Below, piece after piece: positions 28,121-37,633 of a DNA stretch of 61,437 nucleotides. The stretch lies in assembly GCA_030592575.1 (NCBI GenBank), contig JAUVIV010000001.1:1-61437 (forward strand), written 5' to 3'. The notes below the pieces were generated by a model that saw only the letters and a program-made list of their open reading frames with translations, searched no databases and was not told where the DNA came from. A program made the translations under genes and the position numbers. The stretch is from a bacterium (GTDB taxonomy: Bacteria; Hydrothermota; UBA3073; JACQXS01). Within the stretch, counting starts at the first letter, position 1. Each line of letters begins with the position of its first letter.

Positions 28121-28195
28121 TGGCTCCTCGGGAGAGATTCGAACTCACAACCTTGTGGTTAACAGCCACCTGCTCTGCCATTGAGCTACCGAGGA
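28121..28195 (-). tRNA. tRNA-Asn (anticodon GTT), CCA encoded
   Basis: Hand-folded 75-nt cloverleaf: acceptor TCCTCGG/CCGAGGA, D-arm GCTC/GAGC, anticodon loop CTGTTAA, T-loop TTCGAAT, discriminator G, CCA. One mismatch each in the anticodon and T stems. Confidence 0.85.
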
Positions 28196-28205
28196 ACAAA
28201 ACTGA

Positions 28206-29999
28206 TTATCTAATAATTGCAAATTTCTTTATGTCTTTGTTTTCGCCGTATGTTCCTAATAAGCAAATGTAAATTCCGCTTCCAACTAATTTTCCTTCTT
28301 CGTTTCTGCCATTCCATTTAAAGATATGTCGTCCAAGACTTTGATTTGATGCTTCAAATTCCTTCACGAGTTTACCTGAAAGAGTATATATTCTCAAGTA
28401 TGCATAAGAATCGTTTACGAGTTGATATGCAATAACAAGTTCTTTTTCTGTTCCTATCTTAAATGGATTTGGGTAAATATGAAAAACTTCATCTTTTGTA
28501 AAAGAAGACGGCTTAACATCTGGTGTTTCAGAATATATTGCTTTATATGCATTAGGCCTTCCCCATCCTAAAGTATCGTTAGGGTTATTGTTGTTGCTTG
28601 CCGTGCTTAAGATTGCTTCTCTTATTTTCATAGGTCCCCATTTAGGATGTGCCTCTAAAACAAGAGCACATACTCCAGCCACAAGAGCTGTGGCACAAGA
28701 AGTGCCTCCAGACCATGTGTAACTATCAGATGAATCAGGGTTGTCGAGTAAATACGCATAAAAAGGAGCGCAAACATCGGGCTTCCATCTAGTTCTTTTG
28801 GTTAAGCCCAATTGGTCATACGGAGGTCCTATTGCACTTCCTGTGCTTCCGCTCCATTCCCAGTTTCCAAGAGTATCTACTCCTCCTACTGCAAGAATAC
28901 TATCAGCGTCAGCTGGAGCAACTATACAGGTATCCGGAGAAAAAGTAGGATGAGTTGATCCTATATTTCCCATTGCGTTAACCAAAAGTACTCCCTTACC
29001 AGCCAACATACCAGCTACTATACTCATAGGTGTGGTATGGCCATCCATATCAGAGTAAAGATAAGGGGGAGGAGGGGGGGAGTCAAACCATCTTCTGTAT
29101 CCTAGTGAACTTGATATTATATCCACACCAATAGAGTCTAAATATTCTGCACCAGCTATCCACCAAGTTGCTTCCATTATTATATCGGTATCTATTCCTT
29201 GAGCTTTTTCTGTTCTTGCCAAAGCAAGGGAACATCCATACGCAGGACCTACTACTTCTGCTGATTTAGCTCCTGCAATCAATGAAAGCATTCTACTTCC
29301 ATGACGGAAGCTACACAGCTCATCGCCCTCATTATACAATATTGTATCATTACCTACAAAATCATATTTTGCTATTACTTTGTCTTTTAAGTGTTGCAGG
29401 CATCTATGGTACCTAAGGTCAAACCCACAATCGAGAACTCCTATCAACACTCCATTCCCGCTATAACCACTATCGTGGGCTGATGGGACGTTTAGGGATT
29501 TAAGTTGTTTTTCGCAGTTATCTCCATAATTAATTCCTTTAACTTCTTTTAATATTAAATCTTTTTCTCGGGTATATAACATTACTTTTCTTATTTCTTT
29601 TACAAACGAGAGAGTTTCTATTTCTTTAATTAGTTTTACTGAAATTTCAAAGCTTACTGCATTTAGCCATTTTGAGATTACACATTTTTCAATGCCAAGT
29701 TTTTGGATATGTTCCACGTACTCTTTGCACACGGGAATGTCGGAAAAATCACAAAGCTTACCTGCTTTCCTGATTTTAAGTCTTCGTGTTTTTGCTCTAC
29801 CGTTAAGTGAATATTCCGCTGATTTAATAGCTTTGTTGTACTCTGAATTTTTGAATATTCCTTTATCTGTGAAGAAAATCCATACCTTTACTTTGTTTTC
29901 AGGAGCTTTTTGAGATAACCAGCTCTGAAATCCGGGCGAAATTTTTGGATTATTGGGAGCTATATAAAAACTTGCAATAAAAAAGTAAATTAATATCAT
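28206..29999 (-). CDS. S8 (subtilisin-like) serine peptidase with T9SS C-terminal sorting domain
   Basis: Catalytic-type motifs VLDCGFD, HGSRM and GGTSCATALVAG. C-terminal YPNPFK...GIYICLL...FAIIR. Confidence 0.85.
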   Translation of the reverse strand: MILIYFFIASFYIAPNNPKISPGFQSWLSQKAPENKVKVWIFFTDKGIFKNSEYNKAIKSAEYSLNGRAKTRRLKIRKAGKLCDFSDIPVCKEYVEHIQKLGIEKCVISKWLNAVSFEISVKLIKEIETLSFVKEIRKVMLYTREKDLILKEVKGINYGDNCEKQLKSLNVPSAHDSGYSGNGVLIGVLDCGFDLRYHRCLQHLKDKVIAKYDFVGNDTILYNEGDELCSFRHGSRMLSLIAGAKSAEVVGPAYGCSLALARTEKAQGIDTDIIMEATWWIAGAEYLDSIGVDIISSSLGYRRWFDSPPPPPYLYSDMDGHTTPMSIVAGMLAGKGVLLVNAMGNIGSTHPTFSPDTCIVAPADADSILAVGGVDTLGNWEWSGSTGSAIGPPYDQLGLTKRTRWKPDVCAPFYAYLLDNPDSSDSYTWSGGTSCATALVAGVCALVLEAHPKWGPMKIREAILSTASNNNNPNDTLGWGRPNAYKAIYSETPDVKPSSFTKDEVFHIYPNPFKIGTEKELVIAYQLVNDSYAYLRIYTLSGKLVKEFEASNQSLGRHIFKWNGRNEEGKLVGSGIYICLLGTYGENKDIKKFAIIR

Positions 30000-30008
30000 T
30001 ATATATAA

Positions 30009-30037
30009 TTTTTACCGATATACTTCAAGGTTGTCAA
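30009..30037 (-). promoter_or_regulatory. promoter TTGACA-N17-TAAAAA, 9 nt before the S8 peptidase ATG
   Basis: Minus-strand hexamers at 30037-30032 and 30014-30009. Confidence 0.4.
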
Positions 30038-30056
30038 GAAAAATCATTTTGAATTT

Positions 30057-31187
30057 TTATCTTGTCAAACTCTTCCCAAATTCTTGGATTTTCTTGATTA
30101 CTTTTTCAACTTCTTCGTCTTTCATCGCTGGATAAAGAGGCAAAGTCAAAAGCTTCTTCCATATTTTTTCTGTTACTGGAACTTGAGCAGGAAAATCTTT
30201 AAAAACTTTATAGTGGTGCGCAGGTTCATAGTGTACGGTTGTTTGGATTTCCTTACTCATTAAATACTCATGTAGTTCATTCCTGTATTCTGTTTTAATT
30301 ATATACATATGGTTGGAGCTTTTGGTATATTCTCGTTCAACTGGAATTTCCAGCCAATTTAATTCTCCAAGTCCTTTGTTGTATTTTTGTGTAATGGCTT
30401 GCCTTCTTTGGTTATGTTTATCAAGAAGCTTAAATTGTGCAAGTCCAATCACTGCCGCAATGTCATTCATATGATACTTGAATCCCAATTCGTCAATCCT
30501 GTATTCCCATGGATAACTACCGGTCGCTATTCTATCCCATGTGCTTTTATTTATATCCAACCATCTCAATTTTTTTAGCTTTTCGCACAGTTTAGTGTCA
30601 TTAGTTGTAATCATAGCACCATCACCTGTAGTGAGATTTTTGACAGCATGGAAGCTGAAGCAAGTAGTTTTGGTGTCGGAAAGTCCACCGTGTTTTTTGC
30701 CTTTGTATTCACTTCCGCAAGCGTGCGCAGCATCTTCTATTACTAATAAATTATGCGATTTTGCTATATCCCAAATTTCATCCATCGGAGCACTGTGTCC
30801 ACCAAGATGCACAACCACAATGGCTTTGGTACGATTAGTAATCTTTCGCTTTATATCCTCAGGAGCTATACATAAAGTATCGGGAAGAATGTCAGCAAAT
30901 ACAGGAATAGCTTTTTGGTAAAGAAGTGGGATAATGGTTGATGCAAAAGTGAACGAGGGAACAATTACTTCATCTCCTTCTTTTATTCCGGTAGAGTGAA
31001 AAGAGAGATGTAGGGCTGCGGTGCAAGAGCTAATGCCAATGGCATGTTTTGCTCCCACGTAACGTGCAAATTTTTCCTCAAATTCAATGGTTTTTGGGCC
31101 AAGTCCAATCCAACCCGAATCAAATATCTTGCCCAGTTCTTTAAGAATTTTCTCTTTATTTATTTCCGGTCTAAATATCGGTATCAT
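30057..31187 (-). CDS. DegT/DnrJ/EryC1/StrS family PLP-dependent sugar aminotransferase
   Basis: MIPIFRPEI start. FHAVKNLTTGDGAMITT lysine motif. The 15 upstream ORF codons lie in a repeat element. Confidence 0.87.
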   Translation of the reverse strand: MIPIFRPEINKEKILKELGKIFDSGWIGLGPKTIEFEEKFARYVGAKHAIGISSCTAALHLSFHSTGIKEGDEVIVPSFTFASTIIPLLYQKAIPVFADILPDTLCIAPEDIKRKITNRTKAIVVVHLGGHSAPMDEIWDIAKSHNLLVIEDAAHACGSEYKGKKHGGLSDTKTTCFSFHAVKNLTTGDGAMITTNDTKLCEKLKKLRWLDINKSTWDRIATGSYPWEYRIDELGFKYHMNDIAAVIGLAQFKLLDKHNQRRQAITQKYNKGLGELNWLEIPVEREYTKSSNHMYIIKTEYRNELHEYLMSKEIQTTVHYEPAHHYKVFKDFPAQVPVTEKIWKKLLTLPLYPAMKDEEVEKVIKKIQEFGKSLTR

Positions 31188-31205
31188 TTTTTTATTTTCT
31201 ACCTT

Positions 31206-31298
31206 AACCACAGAGCACACAGATTTTCGCAAGATGTAGGGGCAGACCTACGTGTCTGCCCTGATGATTTGGGCGAACACACGGGGTCGTCCCTACAT
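31206..31298. repeat. repeat module (AACCACAGAGCACACAGATTTTCGCAAG) joined to a 65-nt GC-rich multi-hairpin element
   Basis: Outer stem ATGTAGGG (31234-41) / CCCTACAT (31291-98). Inner hairpins GCAGAC-CTACGT-GTCTGC and GGGCGA..TCGTCC. Confidence 0.7.
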
Positions 31299-31345
31299 TT
31301 ATAATCTTTTAATGGTTCTATCATCCACTCGTAGAACTTCACAAT

Positions 31346-32104
31346 TCATTTGTTGTTTCCCCTTAATTTCAGAAATTCTTGATTTAACATTTGTATTACC
31401 TTTTCATCTGAAATGTGCGTTTCGAGAACATTAGGAAACCACTTGAAATAAGTACGAAATCCCATCAACCTTCTCAGAATTTTTATTTTTTCCTCATCTG
31501 AAGAGGCATTTTTTAGTCGCAACAAATCTTTTCTTGCCTCAAAATAAAGCAATTCTATTCCTGTTTCGGAATCCTTCTTATAATTGAAAACAGAGGTTGC
31601 AGATGTAATATTATTAAAGTTTCGTGTAATACTTCCTTGGTTTTCTCTATTTAATAGCCATGCATCCAATCTTATTTTACCATCGTCTAATCTACTTGGG
31701 AAGAACTCTGACCCTTTTCCAATTATTCTGACTTCACAGCCTTTTGAGCCTGACAAGAGATCTTTCGGAATACCTTCAGGTGAGCAAGATGGAGTAATGC
31801 CATAATCGTAAACTTCAAAGTAGTTTGTGGATGAATCTGGCAAAAATACTGTTTGTTTGACTTTGACCAAAAATCCGTATGCTTCTCCCTTGACACGCTC
31901 AGACCGCAAGGGTCCAACTATATCAATTACTTCACCAATAAATAAATATTCAGTTGTATCAAATTTTGTTGGAGGCCGAATACGAATCTCACAAGCAATG
32001 GATATCTGTGGTAACAATATTGCAAAGATTAAAAGCAAGATTTTCCTTGTTACTGTTACGATAAACATTTTATTTTTTATATACTCTAACTTCAAGAAAG
32101 TCAA
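31346..32104 (-). CDS. hypothetical secreted protein
   Basis: Hydrophobic signal-like N-terminus (alternative start MFIVTV at 32068). No recognisable motifs. Confidence 0.5.
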   Translation of the reverse strand: MTFLKLEYIKNKMFIVTVTRKILLLIFAILLPQISIACEIRIRPPTKFDTTEYLFIGEVIDIVGPLRSERVKGEAYGFLVKVKQTVFLPDSSTNYFEVYDYGITPSCSPEGIPKDLLSGSKGCEVRIIGKGSEFFPSRLDDGKIRLDAWLLNRENQGSITRNFNNITSATSVFNYKKDSETGIELLYFEARKDLLRLKNASSDEEKIKILRRLMGFRTYFKWFPNVLETHISDEKVIQMLNQEFLKLRGNNK

Positions 32105-32145
32105 CTTTATTTTTGCACAATCCTTTACTCGAAGCTTAAGTCTTA

Positions 32146-32173
32146 TTTTCTATATATTTCACAGCATCCTCTA
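32146..32173 (-). pseudogene. 28-nt exact copy of the 3' end of the ACP gene at 43422-43449 (gene-tail relic)
   Basis: TTTTCTATATATTTCACAGCATCCTCTA is identical at both sites. Here it encodes only ..IEDAVKYIENKT* with no start codon. Confidence 0.6.
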
Positions 32174-32309
32174 TATTTTCTTATAACCTCTTTTATTGCT
32201 TTGGATTTTTCCACAGGATTTTGTGAATTTGGGTTTCTTTGATTGTTGCAATTATTTCTCTTTTTCGCAAATATTTACCTATTACAATTAAATGTGTACT
32301 TAAAAATAT

Positions 32310-33971
32310 TTATAGACTTTTTGCTCTCATCATTGCAATTACAAGCCTTATGCCAAGAATACCGGCCACCAAAAATCCCAGAAGTCCTAATACTGGAAAT
32401 CCCAAGAGAAGAGGACCTTTTTCTGTTTGCATAATCAAAGACGACCCGATAATAAGAGCTGCAATGATAAGACTAAAAGATAATCTGTTAGTTGATCTTT
32501 CACCTTGTGAAATAAGATTGTCTAATCCCTTATGTTCAAATTCTACCTTTAGTTTTCCCTGTCGTATTTTTTTCAATATCGGGACAATATCACCTGGAAA
32601 ATTTTTCAGGAGTATGGAATATGCTGTAAAAATTTCTGTTGCAACTTTAACGAGTCGTTTTGGATTATATTTTCTCTCAAGTAACTGTTTAACGTAAGGC
32701 TTCAAGTGTTCAATTATATCAAATTCCGGGTCAAGCTGATGTGCAATTCCTTCTACCGTAGATAATGTTTTTGTAAGCAAAAGCAAATCTTCAGGAAATT
32801 TCATCCTATATCTTCTCGAAATTTCAAACGCTTCATCTACAACATTTTTTACTTCAATTCTTGCAAGTGGTACTCCGTAATATCGGTTAATAAATCTTCT
32901 CAAATCTGACTTCAACTCTCGCATATCCATTTCTTCATCTACTACATTGAGTTCTATAAAGACATCTATAATTCTGCCTATATCTTTATTAATTACTGAT
33001 ACAAGGAGGAGTGTTAAACTTTCTATTAGTTCGTCGTCCAGATTTCCTGTAAGTCCGAAGTCAAGAAGTGCGATTTTACCCTCTGTTGTAACAAGTATAT
33101 TCCCTGGATGAGGGTCAGCGTGAAAAAATCTATGTATGAATATCTGTCTAAAAATAGAGTCTATTACTATCAGTGATAGGTCTTTACGAGAAAGTCCTGT
33201 CTTTTCCGGAACATCAGAGTCTGTGATTTTTATCCCCTCTATATATTCTAATGTAAGAATTCTTGAAGTAGAAAGATTCCAATACACTTTTGGAATAAGG
33301 ATAAATTTATCATCCTCAAAATTTGTTCTAAATTGATCTATAGCTCTACCTTCGTTTATAAAGTTGAGTTCGGATTTTAAATTTTTGCCTATCCCTCTTA
33401 CTTTTGCCAATGGTTCATATTCTCTTGCCTCTCTTATTTCTCGCTCTATCCAGCCTGCAATCGTTTCCATAATAGAAAGATCCGTATCAATTTTACCAGA
33501 AACGAATGGACGTTGTATCTTTACTACGATTTCGCATCCTTCTTTTAGAATTGCTCTATGTACTTGAGAAAGAGAAGCAGATGCAATGGGTTCCTTATCA
33601 AAAGCACAGAACAATGTTTCTATTGGAGCCTTTAATTCATCTTCAACTACTTTTCTAATTTGCTCATAAGGAAGAGGTGCTACTTCATCTTGCAGTTTGG
33701 AAAGTTCATAGACAAAATCCCGTGGAAGTATGTCTGCTCTTACAGATAGAAATTGTCCAAATTTTACAAAAGTTGGTCCAAGTTCTTCAAGAGCCAGGCG
33801 AAACCGTACTGCCCTTGATTGTTTGAGTAATACCGTTCGTATTTTGTGAGGAAGAAGCCTTCTATCAATGGGAAGTCGGTTTACTACATCTTTAAATCCA
33901 TATCTGGCAAAAACTCCCAGAATCTGCCGAATTCTCCTGATATTCTTTAATTTTCTATCTATTCCTATCAT
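32310..33971 (-). CDS. ABC1/UbiB family atypical kinase with C-terminal TM helices
   Basis: LGPTFVKFGQFLSVRADILP and HADPHPGNIL motifs. 553 aa. Confidence 0.88.
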   Translation of the reverse strand: MIGIDRKLKNIRRIRQILGVFARYGFKDVVNRLPIDRRLLPHKIRTVLLKQSRAVRFRLALEELGPTFVKFGQFLSVRADILPRDFVYELSKLQDEVAPLPYEQIRKVVEDELKAPIETLFCAFDKEPIASASLSQVHRAILKEGCEIVVKIQRPFVSGKIDTDLSIMETIAGWIEREIREAREYEPLAKVRGIGKNLKSELNFINEGRAIDQFRTNFEDDKFILIPKVYWNLSTSRILTLEYIEGIKITDSDVPEKTGLSRKDLSLIVIDSIFRQIFIHRFFHADPHPGNILVTTEGKIALLDFGLTGNLDDELIESLTLLLVSVINKDIGRIIDVFIELNVVDEEMDMRELKSDLRRFINRYYGVPLARIEVKNVVDEAFEISRRYRMKFPEDLLLLTKTLSTVEGIAHQLDPEFDIIEHLKPYVKQLLERKYNPKRLVKVATEIFTAYSILLKNFPGDIVPILKKIRQGKLKVEFEHKGLDNLISQGERSTNRLSFSLIIAALIIGSSLIMQTEKGPLLLGFPVLGLLGFLVAGILGIRLVIAMMRAKSL

Positions 33972-33988
33972 TTTAGTAAACAGTAGAA

Positions 33989-34025
33989 AGTGAGAAGTAT
34001 GTAAATAAAAAATTTACTTCTCACT
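33989..34025 (-). terminator. 11-bp perfect-stem hairpin between the phasin-like gene and the UbiB-like gene
   Basis: AGTGAGAAGTA (33989-99) pairs with TACTTCTCACT (34015-25). Only a weak T tract follows. Confidence 0.35.
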
Positions 34026-34034
34026 GATTACTTC

Positions 34035-34325
34035 CTACTTTTTCTTCTCCAGTTTTTCAATCTTCTTCATAAGAGCATCTATGTCCGACTTTGTCGGAAT
34101 ATTGACTTTATTCAATACATCTCTCGTAGTATTCTCAACTATCTTTTCAATTTCTGCTCTCGTATCTTTACCTTTCTCAAGAAGTTTTTTGACAAATTCT
34201 GGCTGGTCTTTCTTGGCTACTTTCCCCTTTTTTACAAGGTCATCCACTATGTTCTCTGCCTTTTCCTTTGTGAGAGCAAAAGCTCCAAGACCTGCTGAAA
34301 GCATCCTCTCTATAAATCCTTCCAT
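34035..34325 (-). CDS. phasin-like (PHA granule-associated regulator family) small helical protein
   Basis: MEGFIERMLSAGLGAFALTKEKAENIVDDLVKKG. GGAGGTG SD. Confidence 0.6.
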   Translation of the reverse strand: MEGFIERMLSAGLGAFALTKEKAENIVDDLVKKGKVAKKDQPEFVKKLLEKGKDTRAEIEKIVENTTRDVLNKVNIPTKSDIDALMKKIEKLEKKK

Positions 34326-34399
34326 CTAAATCACCTCCCTTTTAGTTAAATGGTAACTGGTTAAATAAAAATTGCTGCAAATATGTTATTTTAACTGTT

Positions 34400-35272
34400 T
34401 TACGATTCACGGTTTTTAATTCTTGTTACCTTTAGTGCCATTTTTATCTTGATTTTTCCCAGTACTGGAATTTTAATAATACCTATTCCACTGACAGGTA
34501 TCAAGTTCTTTCCATTATCTAATAATCGAACACTCAATATTGTTGGATATTTCAATACGTCTGGTAACTTTTTGGAAGTCACGGTATAAATCACACCTTC
34601 TTCTACCACTTCCATTTTTGTCACTTCTACAACTACTTCACCGACTTTCATACCGGCATTCTTATCTGCCGTAAGCATATTTGCTACAAGAATTTTCCCT
34701 ACCGCCATCTTCTGAGTATTAACTTTGTACAAGAAATCTACAAGAACTGAAACCAGGTCTTGTATATCATAAGGAACATTCTTAAGAACCTTCCCATCTA
34801 CAAGCAGTTTTATAGATTGTTTTTCTCTATCATAATATATATGTTCAGTTATCTTCTTCGTTCCATCCTTTTGTTGTTTATATTCTATACACTGCACAGG
34901 CAGATGCGTCTCAATATCAATATAGGAATCAGAAGTTTCTGCTCCTTTATATACTTTGAGCAAACTTATAATAAAACCCAAAATCCCTCCGAGTTTATCC
35001 ACTTTTCCTCTTACCAAAATGACATTTTTGCCATTAACCTCTGTCTCTTTCACTGCTTGCAGACTTCCTGTACCAGATAGAAGAAATCGTCTTGCCGTGC
35101 AAGTGATTTTCGTCCCCGTTACCTTATATAATGAAAGTGTATCTAATTCGTGGGATTCTATAAATTGGCTTTTACACTCCAATATTTGTGTGTTCAGGCA
35201 AAATACGGAAATGACATAAATCCAGAGTGTATATGTAGACTTCCGTCTTAGAGGCAGAAGAAAGTTAGTCAT
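34400..35272 (-). CDS. hypothetical secreted protein at the distal end of the lipid locus
   Basis: Signal-like N-terminus. Beta-rich. 4 nt after the PlsC-type gene. Confidence 0.5.
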   Translation of the reverse strand: MTNFLLPLRRKSTYTLWIYVISVFCLNTQILECKSQFIESHELDTLSLYKVTGTKITCTARRFLLSGTGSLQAVKETEVNGKNVILVRGKVDKLGGILGFIISLLKVYKGAETSDSYIDIETHLPVQCIEYKQQKDGTKKITEHIYYDREKQSIKLLVDGKVLKNVPYDIQDLVSVLVDFLYKVNTQKMAVGKILVANMLTADKNAGMKVGEVVVEVTKMEVVEEGVIYTVTSKKLPDVLKYPTILSVRLLDNGKNLIPVSGIGIIKIPVLGKIKIKMALKVTRIKNRES

Positions 35273-35276
35273 ATTT

Positions 35277-35951
35277 TCAATATTTCACAAGTTCAGTGAT
35301 TTTAGCAATAACCATTTTGGTAGTTTCCCTTTCGGTTCGTTTGGGATAAATAGGTTTCCCAATATTAACAATTATTTTACCAGGACGAGGAATTTTACGA
35401 AATAACGCAAAGACATTATCAGTTCCTTGAATACCAACTGGAATAATAGGAACATTTGCCGTGTGAGCAAGAAAGAAAGCCCCTCTCTTGACTTTTTGTA
35501 TCTTATTGGTTAATCTTACACTTCCCTCGGGGAAAATCCCTATTATTCCTCTCCTTCTTAATATGTTTAAAGATTCTTTGAACGGTTCTCTTATTTGTAA
35601 TTGGCTAACCGAAATACATCCCATTCTAGATAGGAATACTCTTACTATTAGTCCTTCAAACAGATAAGATGCAGATAAAAAGGTGATTTTTCCTTTAAAT
35701 AAAGCAACTAAAACAAAACTATCAAACCAATTGATATGATTTGCTACAATAATAGAAGCATCTTTTTCTAAAATATTCTCTGCTCCCCTTACCCTTAGCG
35801 AGTAAAATATTGTAAGAACTATTCGAGTAGCCAGACGAATTGTATAATAAAAAGCCGATTTGCTATTTTGGTGTTTCACAAATTTCTTATCTCCTGAACA
35901 GCATAATGTCAATGATTTCTTGTATCTTTTTCCCAAGTCAGTCAGTAGCAA
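35277..35951 (-). CDS. PlsC/LPLAT-family acyltransferase
   Basis: HX4D motif NHINWFDSF. FPEGS motif. N-terminal TM. Confidence 0.8.
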   Translation of the reverse strand: MLLTDLGKRYKKSLTLCCSGDKKFVKHQNSKSAFYYTIRLATRIVLTIFYSLRVRGAENILEKDASIIVANHINWFDSFVLVALFKGKITFLSASYLFEGLIVRVFLSRMGCISVSQLQIREPFKESLNILRRRGIIGIFPEGSVRLTNKIQKVKRGAFFLAHTANVPIIPVGIQGTDNVFALFRKIPRPGKIIVNIGKPIYPKRTERETTKMVIAKITELVKY

Positions 35952-36008
35952 TTACTATCACTGAAGCTATTTTCTTGAATATATCCATGTATCTCCTTCT
36001 TTCAATAT

Positions 36009-36416
36009 CTATGGTGCAATATATAGTGTGTCAATGTCTATGCCTGTAAGGTTGTCTCCATCGTTTACTACAATTGAATCAGGCTCAAGATTATCATCCG
36101 GGTCATACCATCCTATCAAATCCTTGTCAGGCTCATATACGATATTCCCATTGGTATCTGCTATTGTCGTCACATAGTAAGTAGAAGGGTCAACCCTTAT
36201 TATCTTATAAGTCCCATCATTTCCTGCTTTCCATCCGTTGCTTAAGTTGATATCGCTCTCCTTTGATTTTAAGAGCAGGACATAAGTATTGGCTAAAGCT
36301 TGCTCTCCGTTTGTAACCTTTCCAGAAACAGTGCATTGCTCAATTTCCTCTTGCACATCCTTGCAGCCAGCAAATACTAAAAGCCCGACCAGCATTATGT
36401 AAAACTTTTTCATCAT
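36009..36416 (-). CDS. lipoprotein with carboxypeptidase-regulatory-like beta-sandwich
   Basis: Lipobox VFAGCKD. AAGGAAGGGGGG SD before ATG 36416. VSGKVTNGEQ...YVLL pattern. Confidence 0.55.
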   Translation of the reverse strand: MMKKFYIMLVGLLVFAGCKDVQEEIEQCTVSGKVTNGEQALANTYVLLLKSKESDINLSNGWKAGNDGTYKIIRVDPSTYYVTTIADTNGNIVYEPDKDLIGWYDPDDNLEPDSIVVNDGDNLTGIDIDTLYIAP

Positions 36417-36486
36417 CCCCCCTTCCTTATATTTTTCCCTGCTCATTTACCCAAATATTGTAACTATTACTCAAGAACACTACATA

Positions 36487-37602
36487 TTATTCAAATGGCA
36501 CTGAAATTGTCAGCCGGAATGAGAGCTTGGAATCTTTTCCTTCATATTTTCCCGACACAGATGTATCTACCCTATAATTAGAATAACTGTAACCAATTCC
36601 CCCTGTGTAGATTTTTTCTTCCTTCAATAAATCTGTACCATAAGCCCCGACTCGTATTGAGAGGTCTCCCTGTTTTAAGGATTGTCTGTTTTTGGTGCCA
36701 AAATTGCTTCTTTGTTTTTTTTCTCGTATAAATGTTTTCTCTGCTCCAGTATGATAAATGTAAGGGGCTTTATCATCCCACCTTTTTTCGACATCTGATG
36801 CTAAAATGAAACCCTTAAAAAGTTCTAAAGCTATACCTCCTCGCAAATTCGCATTTATTCGGTCTCCACTATAATCGTGCCAGTACATCTTTGCCAGAAC
36901 ATTCCGTGCAGCGAGTCCAATAGCAATTCGCTTTTTGGGATACAAGAAACCGATATCTATGCTGTAACCATTGCCACTATCCAGATTTATATTTGGTTCT
37001 TCCCACACTTCATTTTTTCTACTTTTTTCTGCAACTCCTATCCTGCCATTCAGGTATTTGACATTCATCCCCAGAATACAAGGCATTCCCTGGATTTCTT
37101 GGTCAGTGGCTCCCATAAGTGTGGTCATTGATAGAACAAATTCATTGATACTGTATTCAATGTCTTTCCATCTTTCAATTGTATCTCCATCCGCATTGAT
37201 GTTCTGTTCATACATGTTATTCTCACATATACTTGACAGCGGACGCCAGCTCAAAGCTCCCTGATTTTCTGAAAATGCAACAAATGACAATCTCTTACCA
37301 CTCAGTCCTGTCGCTGTTCTAAAGAGATTTACGACCTCTATATTCTCAACCTCTATATCCTTCATATCACTGAAGCCAAACATTGCTATTGATTGAGGAA
37401 GTAATCCCAATCCAGCTGGATTCCAGTAAATACAACTAGCGTCGCCACCAACAGCAACAAATGCTCCTCCCATTGCGAAAGGTCTGGCTCCTGATTCCAG
37501 TCCCCAATAGGCGCCCTCAAGAAGAGGAGCTTTCTCGGTGCCAGCAGACTCCCTTGAGAAAAATGTTAGGCATAGAATTGAAAAAATAACTCGTTTTTCC
37601 AT
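36487..37602 (-). CDS. FadL/PorV/PorQ-like outer-membrane beta-barrel
   Basis: Signal peptide. GARPFAMGGAFVAVGGDASCIYWNPAGLG N-terminal motif typical of this barrel class. Confidence 0.55.
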   Translation of the reverse strand: MEKRVIFSILCLTFFSRESAGTEKAPLLEGAYWGLESGARPFAMGGAFVAVGGDASCIYWNPAGLGLLPQSIAMFGFSDMKDIEVENIEVVNLFRTATGLSGKRLSFVAFSENQGALSWRPLSSICENNMYEQNINADGDTIERWKDIEYSINEFVLSMTTLMGATDQEIQGMPCILGMNVKYLNGRIGVAEKSRKNEVWEEPNINLDSGNGYSIDIGFLYPKKRIAIGLAARNVLAKMYWHDYSGDRINANLRGGIALELFKGFILASDVEKRWDDKAPYIYHTGAEKTFIREKKQRSNFGTKNRQSLKQGDLSIRVGAYGTDLLKEEKIYTGGIGYSYSNYRVDTSVSGKYEGKDSKLSFRLTISVPFE

Positions 37603-37633
37603 ATCATCTTAATAGTGCATTCAACTAATTTTC

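Noticed and set aside
31044-31434. Two + strand ORFs (86 aa and 60 aa) across the GC-rich hairpin element
   Set aside because: They are antisense to the DegT start and span the palindromic element and the 3' end of the neighbouring minus-strand gene. This pattern is typical of spurious ORFs produced by GC-rich repeats.
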